Below the pieces are notes generated by a model. It was not told the DNA's origin, ran no database searches, and saw only the letters and a program-made list of their open reading frames with translations. A DNA stretch of 64,000 bases from Eledone cirrhosa (taxonomy: Eukaryota), in assembly GCA_964016885.1 (NCBI GenBank), contig OZ024740.1:24800001-24864000 (forward strand), read 5' to 3'. Shown here in pieces: positions 26,940 through 39,333 of the stretch. A program made the translations under genes and the position numbers. Numbering within the stretch: position 1 is the first letter of the stretch; each line of letters opens with the position of its first letter.

Positions 26940-29900
26940 ATGACCTCACTCAGAATAGGCAGCATAAATGCGCGTGGCTTGGGGTCGTCATGGAAGCAGG
27001 ACCACCTGCTCAACGACCTCAGGTCACTAAACATAGATGTAGTGGCCATCAGCGAGACCAGAATCTCCGAAGCACAGGCTTTCGCACCGATCTTCGGCGG
27101 CTACGATGTGTTCGCATCTCCCAGCCGTCCGGGATCGGGGGGAAGAGTTGCTGTGCTTTTTCGGAGAGGTTTGGATCTTGCCATACGGGCCATCTTCCTG
27201 GACCCAGAAGGTAAGTTGGTGGTGCTGGACGTGACCAGCGGAGACGGGCAAGCTTTCAGGTTAGTGGCCGTCTATGCCCCGACAGGAGCAGGGCGGCCTA
27301 ATTTCTTCCGGCGTCTGGAGACCTTTCTTGGAACGTCCCGCTCTTTAGTGTTAGTGGGCGACTGGAACGGGATCTTAGATGCACGCTGGGATTGTGTGGG
27401 ATTAGTGGATAGGGAAGGAGGGTGCAAGAGTCTCACCAACCTGCTCAGACGTTTTGAACTGTCTGACAGGTACCGAATGGATTTCCCGAATGTACCAATG
27501 TGGACTTGGACAAATCGCATAGGGTTATCCAGATCATATCTAGATAGAGTATTTTGTAGGGAAATAGATAGGTCTAGCATAGGCTGTCCACAATTCAAGA
27601 TAGTCAGCTACACGGACCACAAATTCGTGATCTGTATGCTTGACTTAGATAGGCTTCATAGACGAGGACCCGGCTACTGGAAGTTAAACGCGTCCTTACC
27701 AGCGCGCAAGGCCTACAGAGACCGGATTAGCGAACTAGTTAAGCGGGCGTTGACGGGGGCCATCGTCAACAACAAGTGGTGGTTTGCTCTGAAAAGAGCA
27801 ATTAGAATAGAGTCCATTAGGTTTAGTAAGACTTTAGCAATAGAGAAAAATAGAGCAGAGGGAGAATTAGTTAGAAAATTAGATGAGGCGCTTAGCAAAG
27901 GCATCGCGACCGACGTACTTGCGGCGAAATTGGCCCTTGACCAATTCTTCAATGCAAAGCACGAAGGCTGCGTTGTCAGAGCTAGGGTGCGTGCTCTCAG
28001 ACACGAGGGGACGAAAGCCGTTCAATGGGCCCGAGTGGCGGAGGCGCGTCGTGGCAACAAAGCCACGATCCGGTCTTTGGTGGACCACGACGGGCGCATG
28101 CTACTCGATCCCGGGCAAATGTGTGAAGCTTTTCAGCGACACTTCGCTCAACTGTTCGAGGGCAGTGGCGGGCCGGATCGAGGGATGGACTTTAGTGTCT
28201 ACCTCGACGGACTGCCGCGGCTTTCGGCCACTGAGGCGGAGTGTTGCGAAAAGCCGATAACAACCGCTGAAGTACGGGATGCAATGGCTAGTTGCACAAG
28301 GGGTAAATCGCCTGGTTTGGATGGTCTGCCCTATGAACTTTACGTACAAATGCCAAACTTGTTCGGAGGCCTCTTGGCGGACATCTACTGCAACTGGCAA
28401 CAGAACGGGAGAATTCCCAGCTCTGTGAGCGGTGGAGCGGTGGCGCTGCTGAGAAAGGATCCGAACAAGGGTGATAACATAGATAATTTTAGGCCCATAA
28501 CTCTGCTAAACACAGAGTTCAACATTTTGGCCAAAGTGCTAGCAAAGAGGTTGGCGCTTGTCGTTGGTGGTCTGGTGGGAGAGGCACAGACATGCGCCAT
28601 TCCCGACAGATCCATCCACGACAACCTCCACCTCATGCGATACATCGTAGAGAGGGTAGCTAGGGAACCTGGCACGGGTGGGTCTTTGATCAATTTAGAT
28701 CAGTCGAAAGCCTTCGATAGGGTCGACCATCGTTACCTAACGGCAGTCCTGAGGGCGGCTGGCTTTGGGCCCGTCTTCAGAGGCTGGATCGCTGCCATGC
28801 ACAGCGACATCTGCTCTGTAGTGAGAGTAAACGGTCACCTTTCGGAACCGTTCAACATCATGCGCTCGGTCTGCCAAGGATGTCCCCTCTCGTCCCTATT
28901 GTACGTATTGACTCTCGAGCCATTACTTCACAAACTGGAGACGTTGAGGGCGGTCCCGCGCGAACTAGGATGCGGAAGATCCGTGTCAGCATATGCCGAC
29001 GATGTCACCGTAGTGGTGTCGAACGCCAAACACATCGAGGCGATCGGCACTACACTAAGAGAATACGAAGCGGTGACAGGAGCAATGATCAACCAGGAAA
29101 AGTCAGTGGGCCTGCAGCTCGGCACCTGGAGAGGCAGGTCCATGCCGTCCAACAGCGTCGTCGGGCGCTGGACGGACGGACCGGTTAAATTGCTAGGGGT
29201 CTGGTTCGGTCCAGACCTCCAGACGGACAAAAACTGGGACGAGGTGACGAGCAGGGTGGCTTCTCTCACCCAGAAATGGGCCGACAGGAAACTATCCCTG
29301 AAAGGTCGAGCGGAGGTGGCGAATGCGTACATCGCATCCGTCATCTACTACCGCCTGACCGTCGTACCTTGTCCTAAGCCCCGCCTGACTGCGCTGGAGC
29401 GTTTGCTCTTTCGCTTCTTGTGGAAGGGACGCGCTCCGATGGTCAGGCGGTCCATCTGCTGTCAACACCCGCTACGTGGAGGGCTGGGCATGCCGTGGCT
29501 GATGATGCGCAGACACGCGCTCAGGCTACGACATCTCCACCTCTTCCTCGACGGTGATCAGGTGTGGTCGCCGTTTGCAAGACACGATTTTCCCCAGCTC
29601 GTCTCCTTGACGGAGCTGCAGTCCTGAGTCAAGCGAAGACCGAGAGGGAGCGCTTGGAGACTGGAATGTCTTCAGGCGCTCACAGCCCTCGACCAATCGG
29701 GCAATGTGATCGGTGGAAACTCCACCTTGGCGTTCTATAGGGGATTAGTGGAGGGGAAGAGCGACGACGTACTTGGAGAAACTCTAGGCGTCGACGAAAA
29801 TCAACTAGCCAATCTCTTCGGAAGGACTTTCGGGCCGGGGCCTATGGACAACTTCCAGAAATCCCTGGACTGGCAGTGCTACCGAGGAGCTTTGCCAGTT

Positions 29901-30358
29901 CGGGATAAACTCTACAGGCATGGAGATGCCGTCAGCCGGGCATGTCCGAGATGCGCGCAGGGCGACGAAACCGTCCTGCACGCACTCGTCCAGTGTCCGA
30001 GCATTGCTGACTTGTGGGTTTATGTCGAACACCTGCTGTCACGTGTAGGATGGATCCAGCTATCAGCTGAGTCCATCGTGAGGATTGCCCCGCCCCCTTC
30101 CTTTAGCCTGGAAGGGCAGGCAGTTTTTATCTGTCTGGTGGCCATGGCGAAAGAGATAGTATGGTGGACAATTTGAAAGGGCTGAAGACGAGCACTTACC
30201 TCTTCGGTGATGCCCTGATTAACTTTTTCAAATTTCATTTGAAAAGGAAAATCAGGGTAGAGAGGGAAGTGCTCTCTTCCCAGCATTTTGTTGAAAGATG
30301 GGTGAGAGAAGCAAGTATGGCCCGAATGAATGGGCCTTCTCTGAGTATGTGTCTGTAA
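26940..30358 (+). pseudogene. Tx1-A ORF2 (APE endonuclease plus reverse transcriptase)
   Basis: 895-aa open segment with SINARGL, GDWN, DH, QGCPLS and YADD; a Trp-to-TGA stop at 29625-29627 and a frameshift near 30172. Confidence 0.93.
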
Positions 30359-30600
30359 ATTAAAGGTGGAAAACTGGGAGAGGGCACTTGCCCTGGTGGT
30401 CAGGGCCACTGTGGTCTTTTAATGGGCTTTCTCCACAAATGTCCCTTGGAAGTCTCCCCCCTATTGGGGAATTTTTCTTTGTTATTTTATTTCAACCTCT
30501 GTTTTTTTACACGCAGAAATGCCCATTTGTACCGTCCTGTATTGTCCTGTACTGTCCTTAATGTCTACTTTATGTGAACCCTTGTGGTTAATAAAGAAAA

Positions 30601-30652
<52 letters not shown>

Positions 30653-30666
30653 GTTGTTGTTGTTAT

Positions 30667-33600
30667 TCCTTGAATCTCAGTCATTGATGTTGGTTAACTG
30701 GAAAGTCCGTTGGAATGAATATCAAGCCACTACCTGCAGCCTCAGATATTCAGGACGTATCGGAAGGTTCTTGCTGTTCCAAGCAAGCATGCCTTTTGAA
30801 GCGTTCCAAAAAGCGTGACGGGGCCGATTTTCTTTAACCATCCCTGGAAACTTTTGGAGATAGTCCCCAGTGCGCCTATGACAATCGGGATCACTTTGAC
30901 TTCATGGCAGTTCCACATCCTTTTCACCTCCCACTTTAGGTCCTGGTATCGGTTAATTTTCTCCCTCTCCTTCTCTTGCACTCTCGTGTCGAAAGGGCAG
31001 GCCACATCCACAATCAGACACGATCTTTTTTCTTTGTCCACAACCACCAGGTCAGGTCTATTGTGTTCCAGTTTTTTGTCCGTCTGTATCCTAAAATCCC
31101 ACAGCACCTTCACCTGATTGTTCTCCATCACCGCCTCTGGCCTATGCTCATACCATTTCTCAGAGTGTGGTGAATTGTTTACTTTGCACAGGTGCCAGTG
31201 GATCACCCTGCCCATCACATCGTGTCTCCAGCCCTTATAGTGGGTCTGGGCTAGGTGTTTAAACTCGGACACAATGTGAGCCACAGTCTCCTCTCTCTCT
31301 CCACAGATCCTGCACAGTGGGCTAGCCTCCTCCTTGTAAATATGGTGCTTCAACCACTTCGTTTTGAGGGCCTGCTCCTGCGCAGCCATTAGCATTCCTT
31401 CTGTAGCCTTTTTGAGGTCTCCTCTTCTCAACCAGTTCCATATCTGTGGATCTCTAAATTCAGTTTTCTCAAAGAAGGTACTATGAAGGGATTTTCCCTT
31501 AAGGCTGCTCTTCCTCCTTGATGTTATTTCCTCCTTGGACATCCCCTGGCCTACTGTCCCCTCCTTCAGTACAGTTCTGAGCATTGGCTCCTTACTATAG
31601 GTCACGTATTTGTATAGGTTGTTTTTCTCCATCTGAACACAGTCCTCTATGCTGATAAGACCTCTTCCACCCTCAGATCTCCTTAGGTAGAGTCTATCGA
31701 CATCACTCCTCTTGTGGAACATGTTGTAGATAGTCAATAGCTTCCTAGTCTTCCTATCCATTTCTTTTTGTTCAGCAACATTCCATCTCAGAATTCCCGC
31801 ACTGTACCTAATAATAGACACAGCTCGGGAATTTACTGCGCTTATGGAATTTCTGCTGTTCAGATGTGACTTCAATACGCTCCTTACTCTCCGAATGTAT
31901 TCAGTTCTTAACAATTCCTTCATTTTTTTGTTCTTTATGCCATCAGCCTCCAGAACGCCCAAATACTTGTATCCTTCCTCAGAGTCAATTTCCTTTATCA
32001 TCTCACCTGTTGGTATATGGATCCCGTTACTTCTGCTCAACCTACCCCTCTTCATCACAATGACTCCACATTTACTAATACCAAACTGCATACATATATC
32101 ACTGCTGAAAATACGGACAGTGTCAACAAGCACATCCAACTCCTTCTCACTTTTCACGAAGAGCTTAAGATCGTCCATGAAGAGGAGGTGATTGATGGTA
32201 AGCTCTCCCTTTCCCAACTTGTATCCTGCTCTCACTTTTCGCAGCATAATGCTCAAGGGCATCAGGGCAAGGACAAACAACAGAGGGGACAGGCTATCTC
32301 CCTGGAAGATACCTCTCTTGATCTTCACGCTTCCCAAGGATACTCCAGTTGATGTCAACTCTGTCTCCCAGGACCCCATACTCCTGCCCAGCATCTGTCT
32401 GATGTTATCTGCCACCCTGAAGATCTCCAGGCTTTTGGTGATCCAAGAATGAGGCACCATGTCAAATGCCTTTCTGTAGTCTATCTATCCCATGGCAAGA
32501 TCAGTGTGTCTCCTCCTGCAATTCCCCATTACAATCTTATCAATAAGTAACGAGTCCTTTGTACCACGTGACTTCTTTCGGCATCCTTTCTGTTCGTCCG
32601 GTAACAAGTTGTTTGTGTGGAGGTGATGGTCGATTTCCTCAGACACAATGCTCGTCAACAGTTTCCACATTACGGACAGACATGTGATAGGTCTATAGTT
32701 GGTAACATCATTACCATTGATTCGGTCTTTCATTATCAGAACTGTGGTACCTTTTGTCAACCACTCTGGCACCTCACCCGACACCAAGCAGTCATTGAAC
32801 ATGGCCGTCAGCTTCGGGTGGAGGGATGTTAAATTTTTAATCCAATACCCCTGCACACCATCTGGGCCTGGTGATTTCCAGTTGGTTAGTTTTTTGGCCT
32901 GCCCCTTAAGAGTTTCAACTGTGATACTCAAATCAGTTTGTTGGTGTGCCTCCTCACCGATCTCCCTCTATACTGTCTCAATCCACCCTGCCTGGACATT
33001 ATGTCTAACATCCTGCTCCCATATTCCTCTCCAGAATGTTTTAGTTTGCTCCGCCCCAAGGATCAAGTCGTTGCCTCTTTCTTTCCCCTCAAGCTGTCCA
33101 AACAGCATCTTCTGGTTGTTGTCGAACATGCGGTTCTGTTTATACTGACTGACTCTGTTCTCGTATAGCCTGATTTTTGCACTCTTTGCTACAATGCGTT
33201 GCTTCAGTTCCTCTATGATAATATTTAGCTTTTTCCTCCTAGTTTTGTACTTTATTTCCAGTCTATTTTTAGTGCCTATGTTTTTTAGTGTCCCATTCAG
33301 TAGTGACTCAAGCTTTCCTATGTCATTTCTCATTTCCCCGATTTGACCATTCAGTCGTTTCTTCCACCACGGCTCTGCTCTTTCTTGTCTGTTGTTTCCT
33401 CTCGCTTTTATACCAAGTAGTTTCCTCACCGTATTTGCTGTTGCTTTGAGGATATTGTTGCACTGGTGAAGGCTCCTCGCCTCAAGGTATGGGATGACTT
33501 TGTTTACCTTAGCTGTTGTTTCTTTTAACTTTTTCCTGTCTACAAATCTTAGGTTCATAGGTCTCCCACTATCATTGTTCAATTCATCTACCACTAAATT

Positions 33601-34660
33601 TAGGATGTCAACCGAATCTTGTCCCAGCCCGTCAGCATTCATCTCCTCAGTGGCCGTATCTCTGTTCCAGGTATTATTTATCTCAGTATTCAGATCATTG
33701 TCTGCTTCGGGTGGTTCCTCCGTACTCAGGACCTCTTCACCTTCATTTCCCACTGGCTCGCTTGTCTGGCATACTACACCCGCCATCTCAAAGCCATTCT
33801 CTCTGCTCAGTTCCTCCAGTTCCAGCCCAGCTCGCTTATCCACCCATTAGTTCTTATTACCCGAGCCTGCCCGGCCAATTTTTGTTAATCTAATTTAAAT
33901 AGACCAATCTCGTTCCAGATGTTATGCATCCGTCTCCTGTAGCCCCTCTCCTTGGGGTTACTTTTCAGGTAACATTGCATAACAGTTCTATTCAATTCTT
34001 TAGTCCAGTTGGTTCTGGCCCTTTTCCTTCTTCTTCTTCCTCCAACATCAGCAGTATTTGGTTGACAGTCAGGTTCCTGCTGCTGAGCCAGGGGGTACCT
34101 GTTGGGTGAGTGTCTGTCACATGACGTTCTAGTCTCCATTTCACCGTTATTCGAACTGTTTATGTTCGATATTTAAACACTCTTATCGAGGATTGGCGAA
34201 TGTATGGTTACATAGCCATCTGTGGATCCGCCGTTCCACTTGGCCCTTGTGTGGCATTATCACCACGCTGTATACGAAAACACATAAACAAACAAACACA
34301 CAGGCAGAAAGGGCCCCAAAAATGAATAAGCATAAGTTTCATTGTAATGTAGTGTTCGAATGTCTGACTTAGTTTTTGTTTTTTTAGTTTTAGTTTTTCC
34401 CCCTCTTCTCTGTCCGTCCGCCTGCTTCTCTCTTCATTCTTATTTTCTTTACGTTTTTTGTTTTTGTTTTACCCTGTTTGTTTTTCTCGTTTTTTGCTGT
34501 TGTTGCTGTGCTGCTTTGGTTTTGTTGTTTGTTTTTTCTTTTTTCTTTTGAGTCTATCTATATATTTATTTTGATGCCTTCCTCTTTTTTAGTAGTAGGA
34601 ATTCTATAATGTGGTGGCAGCAGCCATCTAGGAGAAGTGGGCCATTGGCGGCGGTAGCGA
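30667..34660 (-). mobile_element. R4/Dong-clade element copy 2, apparently full length, disrupted ORF (~34139 to 30742)
   Basis: N-terminal WTKELNRTVMQCY...GYRRRM..IW; RT SPGPDG, QGDSLSP, FMDD; RLE; ~520-nt 5'UTR; (TAA)n on both sides. Confidence 0.93.
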
Positions 34661-34733
<73 letters not shown>

Positions 34734-36847
34734 GGCTACCTATGTAGTAAATCGTATCATCGTGAGCTCCGCAAAGGTTTGTTGTTTTCGTTTGTTTAAA
34801 ATTGCCAGTTATGGAACATTTTTATTGTCAACTGTATATAAGTGCACATACAATGTTTTCCGAAGAGGACACTCAAAAAGATTGGGGCCTTGAGCCCAAA
34901 ATTTTAAATTTTATAATTATCAAAAAAAAACTTTCTTTGAAAAAACATGGACGACTCACAGCCACACGAAGCTGACAACCTTCCTCACAAACTAACACCT
35001 CACACCGACACCACCATTGTAAATATTACTACATTTGCCAACACTGAAAATATAAGCAGTAGCAATATTTTTAATTTGTCTCAGGCAGATATTCATTTCC
35101 CGCAATTACCAATGACTGCAGGCGTTAAAGCCGCCGCCACCACCACCGCGACAACAGAAACAAAAGAAAAAAATAAATTAACTCGTGATATCGAAATGAA
35201 TTCAACCAAAATGAACTCTTCCACACCGAACACCACTGACGCCACCACCACCACAACTGAAACTAAAATTAATAATAACAAAAATAACGATAACAACAGC
35301 AACAATGTTTTCTTTATTAACCACAAAGGTTTACATAAAGTAGACATTAAGGACAGTACAGGACAATACAGGACGTTACAAATGGGCATTTCTGCGTGTA
35401 AAAAAAACAGAGGATGTAATAAAAAATACCAATGAAAAATTCCCCAACAGGTGGGAGACTTCCGAGGGACATTTGTGGAGAAAGCCCATCAAAAGGCCAC
35501 ATTGACCCTGACGACCAGGGCAAGTGCCCTCTCCCAGTTTTCCACCTTTAATTTACAGACACATACCCAGACACATACTTCACTCAGGCCATACTTGCTT
35601 CTCTCACCCATCTTTCAACAAAATTCTGGGAAGAGAGCACTTCCCTCTCTACCCTCACTTTCCTTTTCAAATGAAATTTGAAAAAGTTAATCAGGGCATC
35701 ACCGAAGAGTTAAGTGCTCGTCTTCAGCCCTTTCAAACGTGTCCACCATACTATCTCTTTCGCCATGGCCACCATACAGATAAAAACTTCCTGTCCTTCC
35801 CGGCTAAAGGAAGAGGGCGGGGCAATCCTCACGATGGACTCAGCTGATAGCTGGATCCGTCCTACACGTGACAGCAGGTGTTCGACATAAACCCACAAGT
35901 CAGCAATGATCGGACACTTACGAATGCGTGCAGGACGGTTTCGTCGCCCTGCGCGCATCTCGGACATGCCCGGCTGACGGCACCTCCATGCCTGTAGAGA
36001 TTATCCCGAACTGGAAAACTCCTCGGTAGCACTGCCAGGCCAGGGATTTCTGGAAGTAACAACAACAGCAACAATGACATTAAGAAAACCAGCCTGAGTT
36101 TTGCCAGAGTGGCAAAACAGTGGGAAGCATTTCAGGTAACTCAGGTGGAATTAGAAAAAGCCAAACAAATGGTAAGAAAGATGGGTACAGGGTCAGCCCC
36201 CCCCCCCACACACACACAAACACCTAATAAAATGGAGCATCGGCGCCTATGCACCGTGTCTTATCGAACAATAAATATAAGTGGAACGGGCATCCGAGTC
36301 CCAAATCAAAAAGCTTTGGGACATGTTTGGGAAAAAAAACCCCACATCAGTCGTGGGCAGAAATATGGAACCGTGGACATGTTCTTTGAAACACCACTGG
36401 AGGCTAGAGAACACTCCATGACCCCATTAAGAAGTGACGACTTCACACTCATCCCAAGCTATTGTGGCCAGAGACTCGTAAAGATCAGGGTGACCCACAT
36501 TCCACTGGCCATCGAAATTCCCTGGCGGCTAATAGCTGCCGTCCTCGCCGGCATCGAAGCCAACACCAAAATAATCGAAATAGCGAAAGAAAAGCAAGAG
36601 AACTGGTCCGGATCAGGGATGGAGCTCCTGATCCAAGCGGACCAAAAAACATTGAGAAGATCCCAGAGGTAATAGACCTCAGTGACGGCAGCCACCTCAC
36701 CGTGATCGTCGAGGGCAGAAGGCCTATGTGTGTCGTTTGTGGTGAAGGAACCCACCTAAGGGCTTTCTGGCTCAGGCTAAAAGGTTGAGGCCACCTCTCT
36801 TACCCACCCCAGTGACTCAACCATCAACACCACCAGCAGCAGAGATG
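34734..36847 (+). mobile_element. Tx1-A copy A3: 5'UTR and first part of ORF1, interrupted and 3'-broken
   Basis: Homologous to 24503-26081; ORFs 34947-35435 and 36109-36672. Confidence 0.9.
35308..36056 (-). mobile_element. 5'-truncated Tx1-A copy inserted antisense in A3 ORF1
   Basis: Reverse complement of ~29851-30600; TSD aacaacagcaacaatg at 35292-35307 and 36061-36076. Confidence 0.9.
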
Positions 36848-39290
36848 AAGCCCGCTACCATCTCTGACCCGCCACTTCCCCCGAACAACCGAGCAAAAAT
36901 GTTGGCGAAAGGCCTCACACATCCTATTGGAATCGCTCAGCTCGAGCCAGTCTCGGTCCGTCAAAGACAAAATCGTGGTTTTATCACCAGGCTGCGCCTC
37001 TGCCACGCGGGCCCATCGAACAGCTTTGGTTCCCTCGTTTCTCAGAGCACGCGCCTTAGCTCTGACAATACAACCTTCGTGTTTCGCATTGAAGAAATGG
37101 TCTAATGCCATTCTCGCCGCTAGCACATCAGTTGCAATGCCACTACCAATAGCCTCGTCTAACTTATCTACCAACTCTCCCTCCTTTCTATTTTTCTCTA
37201 ATGCTACTTCTTTGCTAAACTCTATCGACATTACTCTAATCTCTCTTTTGAGAGCCTCCCCCACCATCTATTGTTGACGACTCCCCCTGTCAACTTTTTC
37301 TTAACTAAATTGTTGACCTGGTCCCTGTGCTGGAAATGACATGTTTAGCTTCCAGTAACCAGGTCCTAGCCTACGCATCTTATCTAGGTCAACCATACAG
37401 ATCACAAACTTGTGATCTGAGTAGGCGACCGTTTCAAAACGTGGACAGCTTACACTATATCTGTCTATTTTCCTAATGAATATCCTGTCTATATACGATC
37501 TAGATGACCCTATGCGGTTAGCCCAGGTCCACACTGGTGCATTAGGGAAATCTAGTCGGTACCTGTCAGACAGTTGGAACTGGCTGATCAGGTTCTTGAG
37601 GCTTTTGCACCCCCCGCTCCTATCGGATACTCCCACACAGTCCCAGCGTGCGTCTAAGATGCCGTTCCAGTCCCCCGCTAACAGTAAAGGGCGAGACGTA
37701 CCCAGAAAGGCTTCTAGGCCTCTAAAGAAGTCCGGCCGTCCTGCCCCAGTAGGAACATAGACGGCCACCAGTCTAAAGGCACCACCTTCATTACTGTTCA
37801 CGTCCAGGACAACCAACTTCCCGTCCGGGTCCCGGAAGATCGACCTTACCTCGAGATCCAGGCCTTTCCAAAACAGCACTGTTTTTTCTATTGGTGTTGT
37901 TTTTGGTGGTTTTGCCGGTGCAGGTGTTGGTTGTGGTCCTCGCCCCGGCGTCGGCAGCAGTGGAGCCTTTCAACCCCTTGCCTCTTTCAGCAGTTGAGGG
38001 CAGAAGGCTCGCAAATGGGTTTTTTCCCCACAAACAAAACACTGCGGCCTTTGCCTTCGGTCATAATGTGAATGACAGTCCCATTCTGAAAGCAGATGTG
38101 GTCTGGGATTGTCTTCACATTCTCGGGCCTGATCTGGAGAAGGATCTCCAGGTCAACCCAGGACCAGTCCTCCGTGGCCGTTCTGGTCACTTCTATAGGG
38201 ACTGTATCAATCCCCTCCACAATCACACATCCCAGAAGCCACCACATGTCAAGTCCTGGTGGGATTCTGGGAATGCGGAGACGGGCCGTCTTTTTCCCAT
38301 GTGGGAGGGGTACATTATGACCTTGCTGGTTTTGCAAGGAGTCATGGCGTGTTTCATCGCGAGGGCTTCTGACTTGAACAACACCGAAATGGTGCCATAC
38401 TGTCTGCCCCTCTCTATGTACTGGGTGTCTTCTCTGATGCACCTCAGCGCGACTTCGATATCTTCTTGTGGGATTAACGCTGCCCTTTTGGTCTGTGCTG
38501 AGATGCATCTATAATGCACCGTTTTGCCCTCCACTGCCTCAATAGCTTCTACCGGGACAGTTAAAAGTTGGCCCAAGTTTGCTGTTGCTTGATGAGCTTC
38601 CATGCTTGGGCCAACCTTTCATCTTTGTTTGAGAGGTCCATGTTGAAGCATGGCCTCTTTTTTGCTGCTGCCGCAGAGAAAGTGGTCTTGTTTTCGTTGG
38701 GGGTGTTGTTGACGTTGTTCTTGTTGGTGTTGTTGTTAGCACTGTCGCTGTTATCATTGTTGTCTTTGTTGCCACCGTTGTTCTCGGTGCAGTTTGTATT
38801 GTTGCTGTTGGTGTTGTCGCTATTTGTTTTCATGTTAGTGGTGTTGATATTGTTGTTGTATTTGTTATTTTTTTTTTTTGTTATCAGTATTTTCGTTGCC
38901 GCTGTTACTGTCATTTTTTTTCAAATTAGATTTCTTATTGGTATCATTGGTGTCTTTGTTTACCTTGTTTGTGGTGGTGTTTGTGTTATCAATGTGTGTT
39001 AATTTCGCTGTAGCGCTTTTCTCAACTTCTAAGTCGTTGTCGCACGACAGCCGACATATCGCTGGGGGGCGTGGCTCAGCCATGTTTTTTTTTCTTCGTA
39101 AATTTTTTAACATATAAAAAAAGTTCAAATATTTGGACCAAAAGGCCCAAATATTATACTTTCCCCTTCACGGGGCAAAGTATAAGGGCTTATATCCCTT
39201 ACACAACAAGAAATATTTAACAACAAATAACTTAAACAGGCAAATAAAGCGACTTACTGTTGTTGCGAGCAAAATACGTCCGCTTAGACC
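36848..39290 (-). mobile_element. Tx1-clade non-A element (probably family B), 5' half with an internal deletion
   Basis: 5' end abuts the 39291 microsatellite; ORF1 ATG at 39083, RGRQYGTISVLF, CFVCGEKTHLRAFC; APE GDWN/SDH in ORF 37301-37879. Confidence 0.88.

Positions 39291-39332
<42 letters not shown>

Positions 39333-39333
<1 letters not shown>

Larger units (their letters stand above)
24503..30600 (+). mobile_element. Tx1-clade family A copy A2, full length
   Basis: (TTA)n on both sides; 5'UTR, ORF1, ORF2 and a 3'UTR with AATAAA. Confidence 0.95.

Noticed and set aside
34140-34660. HDV-like ribozyme in the Dong 5'UTR
   Set aside because: I could not fit the nested double pseudoknot by eye; needs a descriptor search.
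39133-39332. N-terminal extension of the 831-aa Dong ORF
   Set aside because: Read-through of an antisense Tx1 5'UTR and (ATA)n, not part of the element.
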